From a bacterium (GTDB taxonomy: Bacteria; Patescibacteriota; Microgenomatia; Levybacterales; UBA12049), in assembly GCA_021813145.1 (NCBI GenBank), contig JAKALS010000003.1, positions 6,114 to 70,113 on the forward strand: DNA of 64,000 nt. The letters run 5' to 3'. Within the stretch, counting starts at the first letter, position 1, and every line of letters starts with the position of its first letter. The notes beneath the pieces are model-generated. The model had not been told where the DNA came from. It saw nothing but the letters and a program-made list of their open reading frames with translations, and searched no databases. Of the stretch, positions 49,614 through 60,217 are shown piece after piece. The position numbers and the translations under genes were made by a program.

Positions 49614-51443
49614 TTATTTAAGATTAATTTGGTAAACTTTTCCTCCCGAAAGAATATTAATTATTTTGCTTGATTCGAGCACTTCAAAGTCGTTTGCATT
49701 TTTTAGTATCGGTGATTGGTATTGGGCAACATAATTCCCGTTTTTATCCAGAACTACAATTCTTGAGTTTCCCCTGTCCAATACGTAGACATTATTAAAA
49801 TCGGCGGTTGTATAAATTCTTGTGGGAGAAGAGAACGGCTTATCAAGGCCCGAGACGGTAAGATTTTCGGGATTTCCCCTGAGGAATTTTTCCACCGAGC
49901 CGTTTGAAAAAAGAACCCAGATAGAACCGTCTATCGTCATTGCGTCTGCATTTGAAAGGTCAGGAGAAATTCCGCCGAAATAGTTTGTTTTAGTATATCC
50001 CCCCGAAGTTTCAACAAATTTATCTATCTGTTTGTTATCTTTGTCCAAAACATAAATATTTCCATAATAGACACTTAGTCCCCCTATGTTTTTAGGAAGG
50101 TCGGAGGATTTAATTATTACTTTTGCCGTGCCGCCGGAAGAGGAGACTGAGGATAGTCCGTTTGAGTCTATGTAATAAAAGGTATTGTTATCCTGTGCAA
50201 AATAAGAAGCCTGTGGATTTTTGATTTCCAATGATAAGATAGGACTTGTCGAGGCATCGACTTGGCTTGCCGAAGTCGAATTTACTCCCGAAGATGAATT
50301 TAGCGCCAGATTTACTTTTGCAAGAAGGGCAAGTATTTGTTTTTCCTCGGCCGAATTTTTCGGAAATTCTCCTTTTCCGTTTTCAAGCATCGTTTGAGCT
50401 GCTTGAAAACTGTCGTGAGCCAGGCTTTGATTAAGGCTCAGTAAATCTTCCCCTTCGTTGTATTTTTTCTGAGCCTGTGGATAAACTTGGGCGAAAAGAG
50501 CCTGTGTTTTTTGATCGTTCTGTTTTTTTGTGGCAAGATAAATGCTTGCGACAAACACGACTGCAATTATTACGGCAATTGTCAGGAATATCTTCTTGGA
50601 ATGGTTAATGTTATGAATTTTAGGAAGTTTTAAGTTTGAGACGGGTAGGGTAAACGGGAGCTTGAACCTCGAGAAATAAGAAGTCGATTTTACCTCAACG
50701 GGAGCCTGGGGAAAATAATCGTCGCTTTTTGCCGGTTCTTCTTTTTGTTCTTTCTGGTCTTTTTCTTCATCTTTGGTTTTCCCGGATCCATGTTCTTCTC
50801 CTATCGCAGTTTCTTCATCTGCTGTTTCGGTAAGAAGTGCTTTATAAGAAGTAATCACAGCCGCTGCTCCCGACGCTTTTTCGTTCGAGTGAAGCGTTGG
50901 AGCAAGTGTTTCTGCGATTTCACTGGGGGGGAGATGGTCAATCGAGGAAGATATAACTTCGGAAGGGAAAATATCCGCAAATTGAATAGTTTGAAGGACT
51001 ATGACATCGTTGTCTTGTAAAAATCCCGAGGCGGCTTTGATGGAGGAAGAGGGGGCTTCTTCTATGTGAAGAATTGTCCCGTATTTATCCCCTCTTTTTA
51101 TGTCAACTTTCCCTTTGCCTAGAACAAAAGCATAAAATATATTGTTGACGACTGCTCCGATTACGAAAGAGCAAAATATATTTTCCGGGATTTTTTTTGA
51201 GGTTACCAAAACGGCATTTTTAATGGATTCAAGGTCTTTTGTTTCCAAGCTGTAGTATTCTTGTTCCAGCTTGTCGAGTATCTCTTTTCCCAAAATATTC
51301 AAGAGGTCTTTTTCCTCCGTTTCCTCCTGATTTTTTTCAAGTGAAAGAACGGCAAAAAGCTTACCGGCATTGTAAGCCTGGGCCCAGGAATAAAGAGTGG
51401 GAGTTGCTACTATTTTTGCGAATGTTACGTTCGTGTCGGCCAT
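49614..51443 (-). CDS. bitopic membrane protein with cytoplasmic N-terminal domain and extracellular beta-propeller-like (NHL/YVTN-type) repeats
   Basis: TM IFLTIAVIIAVVFVASIYLA; repeated YVLDKDNKQIDKF / YVLDRGNSRIVVLDKNGNYV motifs. Confidence 0.45.
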   Translation of the reverse strand: MADTNVTFAKIVATPTLYSWAQAYNAGKLFAVLSLEKNQEETEEKDLLNILGKEILDKLEQEYYSLETKDLESIKNAVLVTSKKIPENIFCSFVIGAVVNNIFYAFVLGKGKVDIKRGDKYGTILHIEEAPSSSIKAASGFLQDNDVIVLQTIQFADIFPSEVISSSIDHLPPSEIAETLAPTLHSNEKASGAAAVITSYKALLTETADEETAIGEEHGSGKTKDEEKDQKEQKEEPAKSDDYFPQAPVEVKSTSYFSRFKLPFTLPVSNLKLPKIHNINHSKKIFLTIAVIIAVVFVASIYLATKKQNDQKTQALFAQVYPQAQKKYNEGEDLLSLNQSLAHDSFQAAQTMLENGKGEFPKNSAEEKQILALLAKVNLALNSSSGVNSTSASQVDASTSPILSLEIKNPQASYFAQDNNTFYYIDSNGLSSVSSSGGTAKVIIKSSDLPKNIGGLSVYYGNIYVLDKDNKQIDKFVETSGGYTKTNYFGGISPDLSNADAMTIDGSIWVLFSNGSVEKFLRGNPENLTVSGLDKPFSSPTRIYTTADFNNVYVLDRGNSRIVVLDKNGNYVAQYQSPILKNANDFEVLESSKIINILSGGKVYQINLK

Positions 51444-51481
51444 TTTCTATAGTATAACAATTGCTGTCAAAAAAGCAAAAA

Positions 51482-53305
51482 CTATCTTTGCTCAACATTA
51501 AATAAAGGACCTACGATCTGAATATTTGAAGGAGCCCTTAAATCGAAGTAGTTTTTAAAATCCTGGCCGTTTATCGTGACGCTTCCGGCATCGCCCGATA
51601 CATTTACGCTCGTAACGCTTCCCGAGCCAAAATCTGCGGAAACAGAAATATTGCTTACCGAATTAAAAGGCGTTACTCCTCTATTCTGAAGTTCCTGCCT
51701 TACCCTTGATGCATCCCAGGTATCCGTTCCTGCAGGATTGGGTTTGTCCGTCTGGTACAGGTGATTTACCGTACTTGAATCTTTTTCGGCAAGAAGAATA
51801 GCGTTTACGATGTCCGCAACTTCACTGCTTTGAAGCCAGGCTGTTCCGTTGTACTGGCTCCTCGAACCCCAGTCGCAATAAAACCAGGGCGAGCTTTTAT
51901 CATATGCATTGTTTTGCAAGTCGGAAAAGCTCCCAATATTAGAGGACGCGTCTTGGGCAGTTTTCGTGTAGGATGTTGCGGCCCAGCCTATGTCTGCGGA
52001 GGAATGGACGTAGCCTCCATGGGTTGAAGAAAACCAAGCCTTTATAGGAGAGCCTCCGCTTGTCATAACCTGGCCTGCGGTAGCTTTTACCGCTTGGCAC
52101 CAGCCGTCACACGGGTTATCGTGGCCCGTAAGTTTTACCTCCTGACAATGCTGGTCCGCGCAAATAGAGCTTGCTCCGTTGTTGGTTGCGGCCATTACGT
52201 AAGAGCGTGCTGCAATAGCTTGCGCTTCCAGAGCTGCTTGGGGCCAGTTCGCCGGCATTTCGTATACGTGCTGAAGGTATGTTTCAAGGTCCCATGTCTG
52301 GTTTACTGTCTCTCCATAATCGTTTGTCCCTGAGACGGTAATATTGGGGTCACCCAGGTTTGAAATCTGAAAATTTGTGTAATAAGCATTCAGTATATCG
52401 TTATAGCCCTCCCCGGCATTGGCCCTTCCCAGAGCTCCGTATTGGTTGAGTCCTACTCTGTTTGGCACTCCATAAGTGAAGAATCCGAATTTTGTTCCCG
52501 AAAATCCCGGGTCTTTATACGGGCTTATGTCACTCGAGCATCCTCCTCCAAGACCGGCATAAGCGGTCAGCGGGATGTGGAGACCTGCAAGTTTTGCGGC
52601 AATAATTGACTGTTGTATAGAATTTAGCTCGGAGAGTTGCGTCGAAAGAGTCTGCTGATAGGCTTTGGCTTTAGAGATAATGTCATTCAGTTGGGAAGAT
52701 TGCTGGTCAAGGCTCGATTCCAGTGAAGTTAATCTTGCCTGTTCGCTTTGAAGCTCGTTGCTTCTAACCTCCAGATCCTGTATGGATAGGGCTATGTTTG
52801 TAATTATTTCCTTGTCCTGATTTGTTGCGGCTCTCTGGTAAGCCAGGATTTGCGTAAGCTGCGTGGCCGATTGAGCCGATAAAAGAGCCAGAAGCGGAGA
52901 ATTGTAATAGCTTTTGATGTAATAATCGGAAATAGCTTTGTCCAGAATTATTTCTTTCTTTGCTATATCGCTGTACCCCTGGTTTATCTGTTGTTTTTTT
53001 AAGGTCAAATCATTTTGAATGCTAATCAAACTCGACTTTAGACCCTGTATTTGCGTTTGGAGGCTGTTTAATTGTGATTCCAAAGGGGTAGTAGCATTTA
53101 TGGATTCTTGTAGGGCTTGGTTAATACTCGTCGAACACTGATTCAAGAGGTCCTGGCAAGCAGAGCCGAAGCCGTTTGTTCCTCCGCAGGCATTTTGGAT
53201 ATTTGACATATCGCAGCTAGTATTTTGCGCATTTGTTTTAGGCAAGAAAAAAATAAGGCTTGATAAAGCAAATAAAAAAATAAAGAGGAAAAGGATTTTT
53301 TTCAT
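51482..53305 (-). CDS. secreted coiled-coil protein with C-terminal SpoIID/LytB-like domain
   Basis: Signal peptide; ~250-aa Gln/Leu/Ser-rich coiled coil; ALEAQAIAARSYVMAAT...CADQHCQEV resembles the SpoIID signature. Confidence 0.6.
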   Translation of the reverse strand: MKKILFLFIFLFALSSLIFFLPKTNAQNTSCDMSNIQNACGGTNGFGSACQDLLNQCSTSINQALQESINATTPLESQLNSLQTQIQGLKSSLISIQNDLTLKKQQINQGYSDIAKKEIILDKAISDYYIKSYYNSPLLALLSAQSATQLTQILAYQRAATNQDKEIITNIALSIQDLEVRSNELQSEQARLTSLESSLDQQSSQLNDIISKAKAYQQTLSTQLSELNSIQQSIIAAKLAGLHIPLTAYAGLGGGCSSDISPYKDPGFSGTKFGFFTYGVPNRVGLNQYGALGRANAGEGYNDILNAYYTNFQISNLGDPNITVSGTNDYGETVNQTWDLETYLQHVYEMPANWPQAALEAQAIAARSYVMAATNNGASSICADQHCQEVKLTGHDNPCDGWCQAVKATAGQVMTSGGSPIKAWFSSTHGGYVHSSADIGWAATSYTKTAQDASSNIGSFSDLQNNAYDKSSPWFYCDWGSRSQYNGTAWLQSSEVADIVNAILLAEKDSSTVNHLYQTDKPNPAGTDTWDASRVRQELQNRGVTPFNSVSNISVSADFGSGSVTSVNVSGDAGSVTINGQDFKNYFDLRAPSNIQIVGPLFNVEQR

Positions 53306-53374
53306 GCTTTAATATTATACCAGACAGGGGTAGACGGGTTTGTAAGGAATGGGGTTAAATGCTATCATGGGTTT

Positions 53375-53830
53375 ATGAAAATATATCTTGCCTCGGACCA
53401 TGCGGGTTTTTCTTTAAAAGAAGGAATAAAAAGGTTTTTGCTTGAGGGCGGATACGAAGTCGAAGACTTTGGAGCTTTTTCTTACCATAAAGACGACGAC
53501 TACCCCTTGTTTATAGAAAAAGCTGCAGAAAAAGTTTCCCGGGAAGAGGGGTCGTTGGGCATAGTATTTGGGAAATCCGGGACGGGGGAAGAGATTGCGG
53601 CAAATAAGATAAGAAACGTAAGGGCGTTTACGGGAGTTGACAGGGAAAATGTGATTCTTGCAAGGCAGCATAATAACGCAAATGTCCTTTCTTTAGGTTC
53701 GGAGTTTGTAACTTTGGAAAAAGCAAAAGAACTTGTGGGGCTGTTTATCTCAACTCCTTTTTCTAACAAGCCAAGACACATAAGAAGGTTGGATGAAATA
53801 GCACAGATTGAAGAAGAGGAAGAGGCATGA
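53375..53830 (+). CDS. rpiB: ribose-5-phosphate isomerase B
   Basis: MKIYLASDHAGFSLKE, GTGEEIAANK, RQHNNANVLSLG motifs. Confidence 0.88.
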   Translation: MKIYLASDHAGFSLKEGIKRFLLEGGYEVEDFGAFSYHKDDDYPLFIEKAAEKVSREEGSLGIVFGKSGTGEEIAANKIRNVRAFTGVDRENVILARQHNNANVLSLGSEFVTLEKAKELVGLFISTPFSNKPRHIRRLDEIAQIEEEEEA

Positions 53831-54465
53831 GAGAGGTAATACCCGGAATTTTGGAAAAAAACTTTTCAGACGTAGAGAAAAAAATAGATTCCGTTAAAAG
53901 TTTTGCAACAGTTATACATATTGATTTTATTGATAATAAATTCGCCTCAAATCTTACTGTTTTAGACCCCGCTTTTTTTAGAAAATATTCCGGAGAATTT
54001 TTTTTGGAGGCACATTTAATGGTTGATGAACCGATAAATTATTTAGACGGTCTTTCGCGGGCGGGCTTCAAGAGGTTTTTGGGACACATCGAAAAGATGT
54101 CTTCAATTTCGGACTTTGTTGCAAAAGCACAAACTCTTGGAGAAACGGGTTTAGCCCTGGATCTTGAAACAGAGCTCAAGGAGCTTGATATAAGATTCGA
54201 GGATTTGGACGTCGTTCTTTTGATGGGAGTAAAAGCAGGTCTTTCCGGACAGCAGTTCTCCCAAAAAACGCTCGAAAAAATAAAAGCAGTAAGGCAAAAA
54301 ACGGCAATCCCGATAGAAGTTGACGGCGGCATTAACGATAAAACAATAATAGACTGCAAAAAGGCGGGAGCCGATAGGTTTATTTCCACGAGTTTTATCT
54401 TCAATGGGGAACCCCGGAGCCAATACGATAAACTCTTGTCTTTAGTTAATGTACAACAATTTTAG
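53827..54465 (+). CDS. rpe: ribulose-phosphate 3-epimerase family protein
   Basis: HIDFIDNKF, HLMVDEP, VLLMGVKAGLSGQQF, VDGGIN motifs aligned to Rpe. Confidence 0.75.
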   Translation: MREVIPGILEKNFSDVEKKIDSVKSFATVIHIDFIDNKFASNLTVLDPAFFRKYSGEFFLEAHLMVDEPINYLDGLSRAGFKRFLGHIEKMSSISDFVAKAQTLGETGLALDLETELKELDIRFEDLDVVLLMGVKAGLSGQQFSQKTLEKIKAVRQKTAIPIEVDGGINDKTIIDCKKAGADRFISTSFIFNGEPRSQYDKLLSLVNVQQF

Positions 54466-56821
54466 GAGTCGCGCTTGGAGTTGCAATATAGTTGCAGTTT
54501 ACGGAGTTTTCCGTTCCTTTTATAAAAACCTCGGGTTTTCCGTAACAAATTTTTGTGACGATGTCCGACGGAACGGGAAAAGTGGGGTTTGAAACGTTTC
54601 CAAGAAGCATCGACATAATTTTATTCCAAATGGGAGCGGCGCCTGTTATCCCAGAAGCAAGAGTCTGACTCATCGGGCTGTTATCGTTATTTCCCACCCA
54701 CACGGCTACTACATAAGAAGGAGTATATCCAATTGTCCAGTTGTCCCTTTTATTGTCGGTTGTTCCGGTCTTTACCGCTACCGTCTGCCCCGGAATATTG
54801 AGGGGGGAGTTTAATCCGAACTCCCATGCCCTTGCGTTGTTGTCAGAAAGAATACTCGATATTATGTAGGCTACCCCCGGGTCTAAAACCTGGTCTCCCT
54901 GGGGTTCACCTTTTTGATAAAGAACATCGCCCTGATAATCGGTTACTTTTAGTATCGGATTTAAGTCTACTCTTTTACCTTCGTTTGCCAAAGTACCGTA
55001 AACGGTTGCCATATCGGTCATCTTTACATCAGCCGCTCCAAGCGTTAGAGAAAGGCCGTATTGGGAAGGATTTCCCCAGGTAGTTATTCCCATTTTTTTT
55101 GCCATATCGACCATTTTTGCAATTCCTACTTTTTGAAGGGTTTTGACTGCGGGGATATTGAAAGAGTTCGCAAAAGCTATTCTTAGGGGCACATTCCCGT
55201 GAAAAGCTCCGTCGTAATTTACGGGCGTATACGGAGGGATTCCGGGAAAAGTTGTCGGAGAATCGTTGATAATTGTCGCCGCGGTAAAGCCGTTGGAAAG
55301 GGCAGTTGCGTATGTGGCAACTTTTATGGAGGAGCCCGGTTGTCTTAATGCCATAGTAACGTTTACGTTTCCCCCATCCGGGTCGTTGTAATCTTTACTT
55401 CCGACCATTGCGAGGATATCTCCGTTTGCGGGGTCTGTAACAAGAGCGGCCCCGTTGGTCAGGTTAAGGTATTCGTCCGCATCAACCTCGTTTGTTACAA
55501 TATTTTGCGCTTTGTCTTGGATATTTAGATCAAGGCTTGTTACCACATTAAGTCCTCCTTTTTCTACCGCCGCGAGTCCATATTGCTGTATGAGAAGATT
55601 TTTTACATACATCACAAAATGAGGTGCGTGAATCGGTACTGCGGGCGGTAAGAAAACCAGTTTTTCTTCTAAGGCTTGATTTTTCTGCTCTGCTGTTATA
55701 TATCCCTGCTGGTACATAGCTTCAAGGACTTGAGTTTGTCTCTGTTTCCAAAGGTCCGGATTTTCGCCATAAGGAGAGTAAACGGTTGGCTCTTGCGGCA
55801 TTCCCGCTAAAAATGCGGACTGGGCGAGGTCCAAGTCTTTAACGTTTTCCCCAAAATAAGTTTCGGCTGCTGCTTCTACGCCCCATGCGGTTCCTCCATA
55901 TGGAACCTGATTAAAGTACATTTCAAGAATTTGGTTTTTCGTATATATCCTCTCGGCCCATACGGCAAGAACAATCTCTTTTATTTTTCTCTGGATACTT
56001 ACTTCAGGAGTCAAGAGGGTAGATTTTATTAATTGTTGCGTAATGGTTGAGCCTCCTTGAATGGGTTTTCCCGACAAATCGGCGATCGCAGCCCTTATTA
56101 TTCCGTTTATGTCAAACCCCGGATTTTTATAGAAGTCTTTGTCCTCTATTGCTATCGTTGCGTTTATCAGATTTTGAGGAACAGAAGAAAGCGGGACAAG
56201 GGTTCTATTTTCGTTTGCGTATATCTGGTAAAGGAGAACACCGTTTCTGTCGTATATTTTTGTGGTTTGGGCAATTTCCCTTAATGACAATTGTTTGGGA
56301 TTAGGAAGGTCATCTAAGAAAATTACCGCAAGAAGCGGCAGGAAAATAAATATAAAACAAAAGAGAGCGCCAAAGAAAAAATACTTGAATCTTATTCTCA
56401 TAAGATGCGGTTTTTGGTAGATAACAACGGGAGCTTTTTGTTTTTTTAGCCTAATTTTCTTCCCCGCTGTTTTCTTTGGCAAAAAAACCGGAAGTTTGAT
56501 TTTAGGAAAAGACAATCTTATGGGCGGTATTGATATTTTCGGAAGCGAATGGACGCCTATTTTAGGAAAAGAAAATTTTGGTAAATTTAAATTTTTTTTA
56601 CTTTTCGCGTAGACAACCGCTTCCTTACCGAATTTTATTCTTCTTGAAAGCTGTTGACGCCGGACTGTTTTTTTAAAGAATATTTTTTGATATTTAACAA
56701 GGGCTTTAGATTTGAGCAAAAACAAGAGTTTTAAGGGAAGGTTAATGGCCCAAAGAGTCGCATCGCCTATTTTTATCAAAAGGTTTAAAATGAGTACGAC
56801 AAAATCTACTATAAGTCTCAT
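54446..56821 (-). CDS. class A penicillin-binding protein (glycosyltransferase + transpeptidase)
   Basis: GT51 motifs EDKDFYKNPG, QGGSTITQQL; transpeptidase SSIK, SxN, KTGT. Confidence 0.88.
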   Translation of the reverse strand: MRLIVDFVVLILNLLIKIGDATLWAINLPLKLLFLLKSKALVKYQKIFFKKTVRRQQLSRRIKFGKEAVVYAKSKKNLNLPKFSFPKIGVHSLPKISIPPIRLSFPKIKLPVFLPKKTAGKKIRLKKQKAPVVIYQKPHLMRIRFKYFFFGALFCFIFIFLPLLAVIFLDDLPNPKQLSLREIAQTTKIYDRNGVLLYQIYANENRTLVPLSSVPQNLINATIAIEDKDFYKNPGFDINGIIRAAIADLSGKPIQGGSTITQQLIKSTLLTPEVSIQRKIKEIVLAVWAERIYTKNQILEMYFNQVPYGGTAWGVEAAAETYFGENVKDLDLAQSAFLAGMPQEPTVYSPYGENPDLWKQRQTQVLEAMYQQGYITAEQKNQALEEKLVFLPPAVPIHAPHFVMYVKNLLIQQYGLAAVEKGGLNVVTSLDLNIQDKAQNIVTNEVDADEYLNLTNGAALVTDPANGDILAMVGSKDYNDPDGGNVNVTMALRQPGSSIKVATYATALSNGFTAATIINDSPTTFPGIPPYTPVNYDGAFHGNVPLRIAFANSFNIPAVKTLQKVGIAKMVDMAKKMGITTWGNPSQYGLSLTLGAADVKMTDMATVYGTLANEGKRVDLNPILKVTDYQGDVLYQKGEPQGDQVLDPGVAYIISSILSDNNARAWEFGLNSPLNIPGQTVAVKTGTTDNKRDNWTIGYTPSYVVAVWVGNNDNSPMSQTLASGITGAAPIWNKIMSMLLGNVSNPTFPVPSDIVTKICYGKPEVFIKGTENSVNCNYIATPSATPKIVVH

Positions 56822-56929
56822 ATTTTTGAAATAGGCAGAGGGATGGAGGAATTATACTATTGAGACCCAGCTTTGAAAAGAGGCAAAAATTCTAAGACAT
56901 TTTCATTTATTTTAAAAATAAAAAACTGA

Positions 56930-59116
56930 TTAGTGTGACGTAGGAGTTGGAGACGGAGTGGGAGTGGGGTGAGGGCAGGTTAAGCAATATTTGTCTCCCG
57001 TCGGGTCTGTGTATACTGTTTCCTGTTTGCTCTCCAGATTATCGGTCTGTCCCTTAGCGGGAAGATCCTGAGTTGTTTTATCTACCATAGTGGGCCCGCT
57101 TGTGAGAGTTCCATTTTCTTTTTCGGTGCCTTTTATAAAGTATTCAAAACGGGTAGGGCACGAAACGCCTCCTCCTGCCATTGAGGGAAAAAGTCCGGTA
57201 TCCGAGCACACGGATTTTTGGATTATATCGGGAGGTCTGGATTCGGGTTGAGGAGTTTTCCCTTTTAAAAGATAAGACATGATATCATTCCAGATCGGAG
57301 CAGCCCCCGTTATCCCCGAAGCCAGTCCGCTCATCGGACTGTTGTCGTCGTTTCCTACCCAAGCGGCGACAAGGTAGGAAGGAGTATATCCTATCGTCCA
57401 GTTATCCCTAAAATCGTTTGTGGTTCCCGTTTTAACGGATACTACTTGCCCGGGAATTTTAAGCGAAGAATTATCTCCAAACTCCATTACTCTCGCTCCG
57501 TTATCCGCCAGTATGTCAGAAATTATATAGGCTACTCCTTCAGGGATAACTTTTTGTCCGAAAATCGGACTTGGGGGAGGATTATATTGTTCCAGAACTT
57601 TCCCTGTTCTGTCGGTAATTTTAAGAATAGGATGCAAATTGACCCTGTATCCTTCATTTGCAAAGACACCGAAAGCGGTTGCCATATCCGTCATTCTTAC
57701 ATCTGCCCCCCCAAGCGTTAAAGATAAGCCGTAATCCTTGGGGTCGGTAAATGTTGTTATTCCCATCGCGGAAGCTGTTGCTATCATAGATTTTATTCCG
57801 TTTAATTCGAGCATTTTAACGGCGGGTATGTTTATGGAATTTCCCAACGCGTATCTCATTTGGACGATTCCGTGCCATTTATAATCGTAATTATGCGGAC
57901 AATACTGCTTTCCTCCCTGATCGGGAAAACAGATGGGCTCGTCTATAAAACCCGTTGCCGCAGAATATCCCTTCATAAGGCCGACGGCATAGTTTATCGG
58001 CTTTATCGAAGATCCCGGTTGCCTTAATGCTGTCGTAACATTTACGTTTCCGTCTATTGCAGTGTCGAAATAATCCTTGCTTCCTACCATTGCAAGGATT
58101 TCTCCCGTTGCCGGATCGGTAACAAGCGCGGCTCCGTTTGTGACATGGTAGTAGGAGGGGAGCGCGTCGACTTCTTTGGCAACGGAATCCTGGGCATAAT
58201 TTTGAATGTTGGAATCGAGGGTTGTTATTACTTTAAGTCCTCCCTGGTCGACCATTTTTTGTCCGTATTTTGCTATTAAAAGGTCTTTTATGTAAAGAAC
58301 GAAGTGGGGTGCCTCTATAGAGTTTGAAATTTTTTTATAGTTTAGAGTTTCTTTTTCCGCTTGTTGCTCCTGGGTTTTTGTTATATACCCCTGCTGATAC
58401 ATTGCCTGGAGCACCTCTATTTGTCTTTGTTTGCCTAGTTCCGGGTGGGAACCGAATGGCGAAAATTCCGTAGGGGCCTGGGGAAGTCCCGCCAAAAGAG
58501 CACTTTCCGCAAGGTCCAGGTCTTTTGCATGCTTGCCGAAATACGTCTCGGCCGCAGCTTCCACACCATAAGAGGTCCCTCCGTATGGGACCTGGTTAAG
58601 GTACATTTCAAGAATCTGATTTTTTGAGTAGATAAGCTCGGTAGCGTAGGCAAGAATTACTTCCTTTATCTTTCTGGGTATTGTCTGTTCCTGTGTTAAA
58701 AGGCCGTTTTTAACAAGCTGTTGCGTGAGAGTAGATCCTCCCTGTATCTGCTGATGGAAAATAATGGAGAAAGCGGCTCTTGCTATTCCCCTAAAATCCA
58801 CAGCTCCATGGTTATAAAAATTTCTGTCCTCTATTGCTATTGTTGCTTCCTGCATATATTTCGGGATACCCGAAAGAGGAACAAATATCTGGTTTTTTTT
58901 GTCATATATGTTGTATAAAAGTTTTCCGTTTCTGTCATAAATAAGAGTCGATTGAGCCGCAGACGTACTCGCCAGTTTAGTCGGAAGGGGAAGGTCTCTT
59001 AATATCGTAAAGTAGAAAATTATAAAAAAAAGCGCAAGCAGGGAAACAATTATGAGATTATTTCTTAGAAAGTGTTTTCTGAAACTTTCGATGATTTCTT
59101 TCGGGGCTTTTTTCAC
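56930..59116 (-). CDS. class A penicillin-binding protein, paralog
   Basis: EDRNFYNHGAVD, QGGSTLTQQLVKN, SSIKP, KTGTT. Confidence 0.88.
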   Translation of the reverse strand: MKKAPKEIIESFRKHFLRNNLIIVSLLALFFIIFYFTILRDLPLPTKLASTSAAQSTLIYDRNGKLLYNIYDKKNQIFVPLSGIPKYMQEATIAIEDRNFYNHGAVDFRGIARAAFSIIFHQQIQGGSTLTQQLVKNGLLTQEQTIPRKIKEVILAYATELIYSKNQILEMYLNQVPYGGTSYGVEAAAETYFGKHAKDLDLAESALLAGLPQAPTEFSPFGSHPELGKQRQIEVLQAMYQQGYITKTQEQQAEKETLNYKKISNSIEAPHFVLYIKDLLIAKYGQKMVDQGGLKVITTLDSNIQNYAQDSVAKEVDALPSYYHVTNGAALVTDPATGEILAMVGSKDYFDTAIDGNVNVTTALRQPGSSIKPINYAVGLMKGYSAATGFIDEPICFPDQGGKQYCPHNYDYKWHGIVQMRYALGNSINIPAVKMLELNGIKSMIATASAMGITTFTDPKDYGLSLTLGGADVRMTDMATAFGVFANEGYRVNLHPILKITDRTGKVLEQYNPPPSPIFGQKVIPEGVAYIISDILADNGARVMEFGDNSSLKIPGQVVSVKTGTTNDFRDNWTIGYTPSYLVAAWVGNDDNSPMSGLASGITGAAPIWNDIMSYLLKGKTPQPESRPPDIIQKSVCSDTGLFPSMAGGGVSCPTRFEYFIKGTEKENGTLTSGPTMVDKTTQDLPAKGQTDNLESKQETVYTDPTGDKYCLTCPHPTPTPSPTPTSH

Positions 59117-59182
59117 CCACCTATAATACCATTATATTTAGAGACTGACAACTCTTGTTCGGTATTGTTATAATGTTCAAAT

Positions 59183-60211
59183 ATGGATATTAATACTCTT
59201 TTAGGTTCGTTATCGGTAGCAAGCTTCGGGTTGAACTGGGTTGACATTGCAATTATCGTTGTTCTTCTTTTTTATGCTTTCGAAGGTTATGCTCTCGGTT
59301 TTTATGCGGCTCTTTTGGACCTTATAAGTTTTGTCGTTTCGTTTGCACTCGGCCTTTTTTTGTACGGGTATATAGGAAAGTTACTGGTTCATTTTCTTTC
59401 TATGCCTAACGGATTCGCAAATGCAATAGGTTTCTTTATTGTTGCCTTTTTCTCGGAAATACTCATTAATTTTTTGTTGAAACATCTGATTCTTGTTTTT
59501 CCGTTTTTTACACAGTTTCAACAAGTCCAACCTCCTTATATAAAAAGACTTAACAGTTTTTTGGGAATTATTCCTGCTATATTCTCGGGACTTTTGCTCA
59601 TTGCTTTTATCTTGACGATGATCGTCATCCTTCCTCTTTCACCGTTTCTTAAACAGTCCGTCTCGGCGTCAAGAATAGGAAGCGTTCTGGTTACAAACAC
59701 GCAAGGCTTTGCCGGAGACTTAAATGGAGTTTTTGGAGGAGCCGTAAATGAGACTCTGGCGTTTTTAACAGTCGAACCGAAAAGCAACGAAATAGTAAAT
59801 TTAAACTTTAAAACCTCGAACTTTACAATCGATTACAGCGCCGAGAAGAAAATGTTTTCCATGGTAAATCAGGAAAGAACATCAAGAGGAATTCCGGCTC
59901 TTGAAACTTGGAATAAGCTGACAGATGTGGCAAGGGCACATTGCGAAGATATGTTTGAAAGAGGTTATTTTTCACATTACACTCCGGAAGGGCTTTCTCC
60001 TTTTGACAGAATGGCGCAGGCAGATATAACCTTTAATTATGCCGGAGAAAACCTTGCGCTTGCTCCGAATGTAGATTTGGCAATGAAAGGCTTGATGCAA
60101 AGTCCGGGACACAGGGCAAATATACTTTCAACTAATTATCATAGGGTCGGAATAGGCGTAATAGACGGCGGAATTTACGGAGAGATGTTCTGCCAGGAAT
60201 TTACCGATTAA
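59183..60211 (+). CDS. CvpA-family membrane domain fused to C-terminal CAP/SCP (PR-1-like) domain
   Basis: Four TM helices (CvpA-like) then GHRANILSTNYHRVGIGV CAP motif. Confidence 0.6.
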   Translation: MDINTLLGSLSVASFGLNWVDIAIIVVLLFYAFEGYALGFYAALLDLISFVVSFALGLFLYGYIGKLLVHFLSMPNGFANAIGFFIVAFFSEILINFLLKHLILVFPFFTQFQQVQPPYIKRLNSFLGIIPAIFSGLLLIAFILTMIVILPLSPFLKQSVSASRIGSVLVTNTQGFAGDLNGVFGGAVNETLAFLTVEPKSNEIVNLNFKTSNFTIDYSAEKKMFSMVNQERTSRGIPALETWNKLTDVARAHCEDMFERGYFSHYTPEGLSPFDRMAQADITFNYAGENLALAPNVDLAMKGLMQSPGHRANILSTNYHRVGIGVIDGGIYGEMFCQEFTD

Positions 60212-60217
60212 GCTAAA

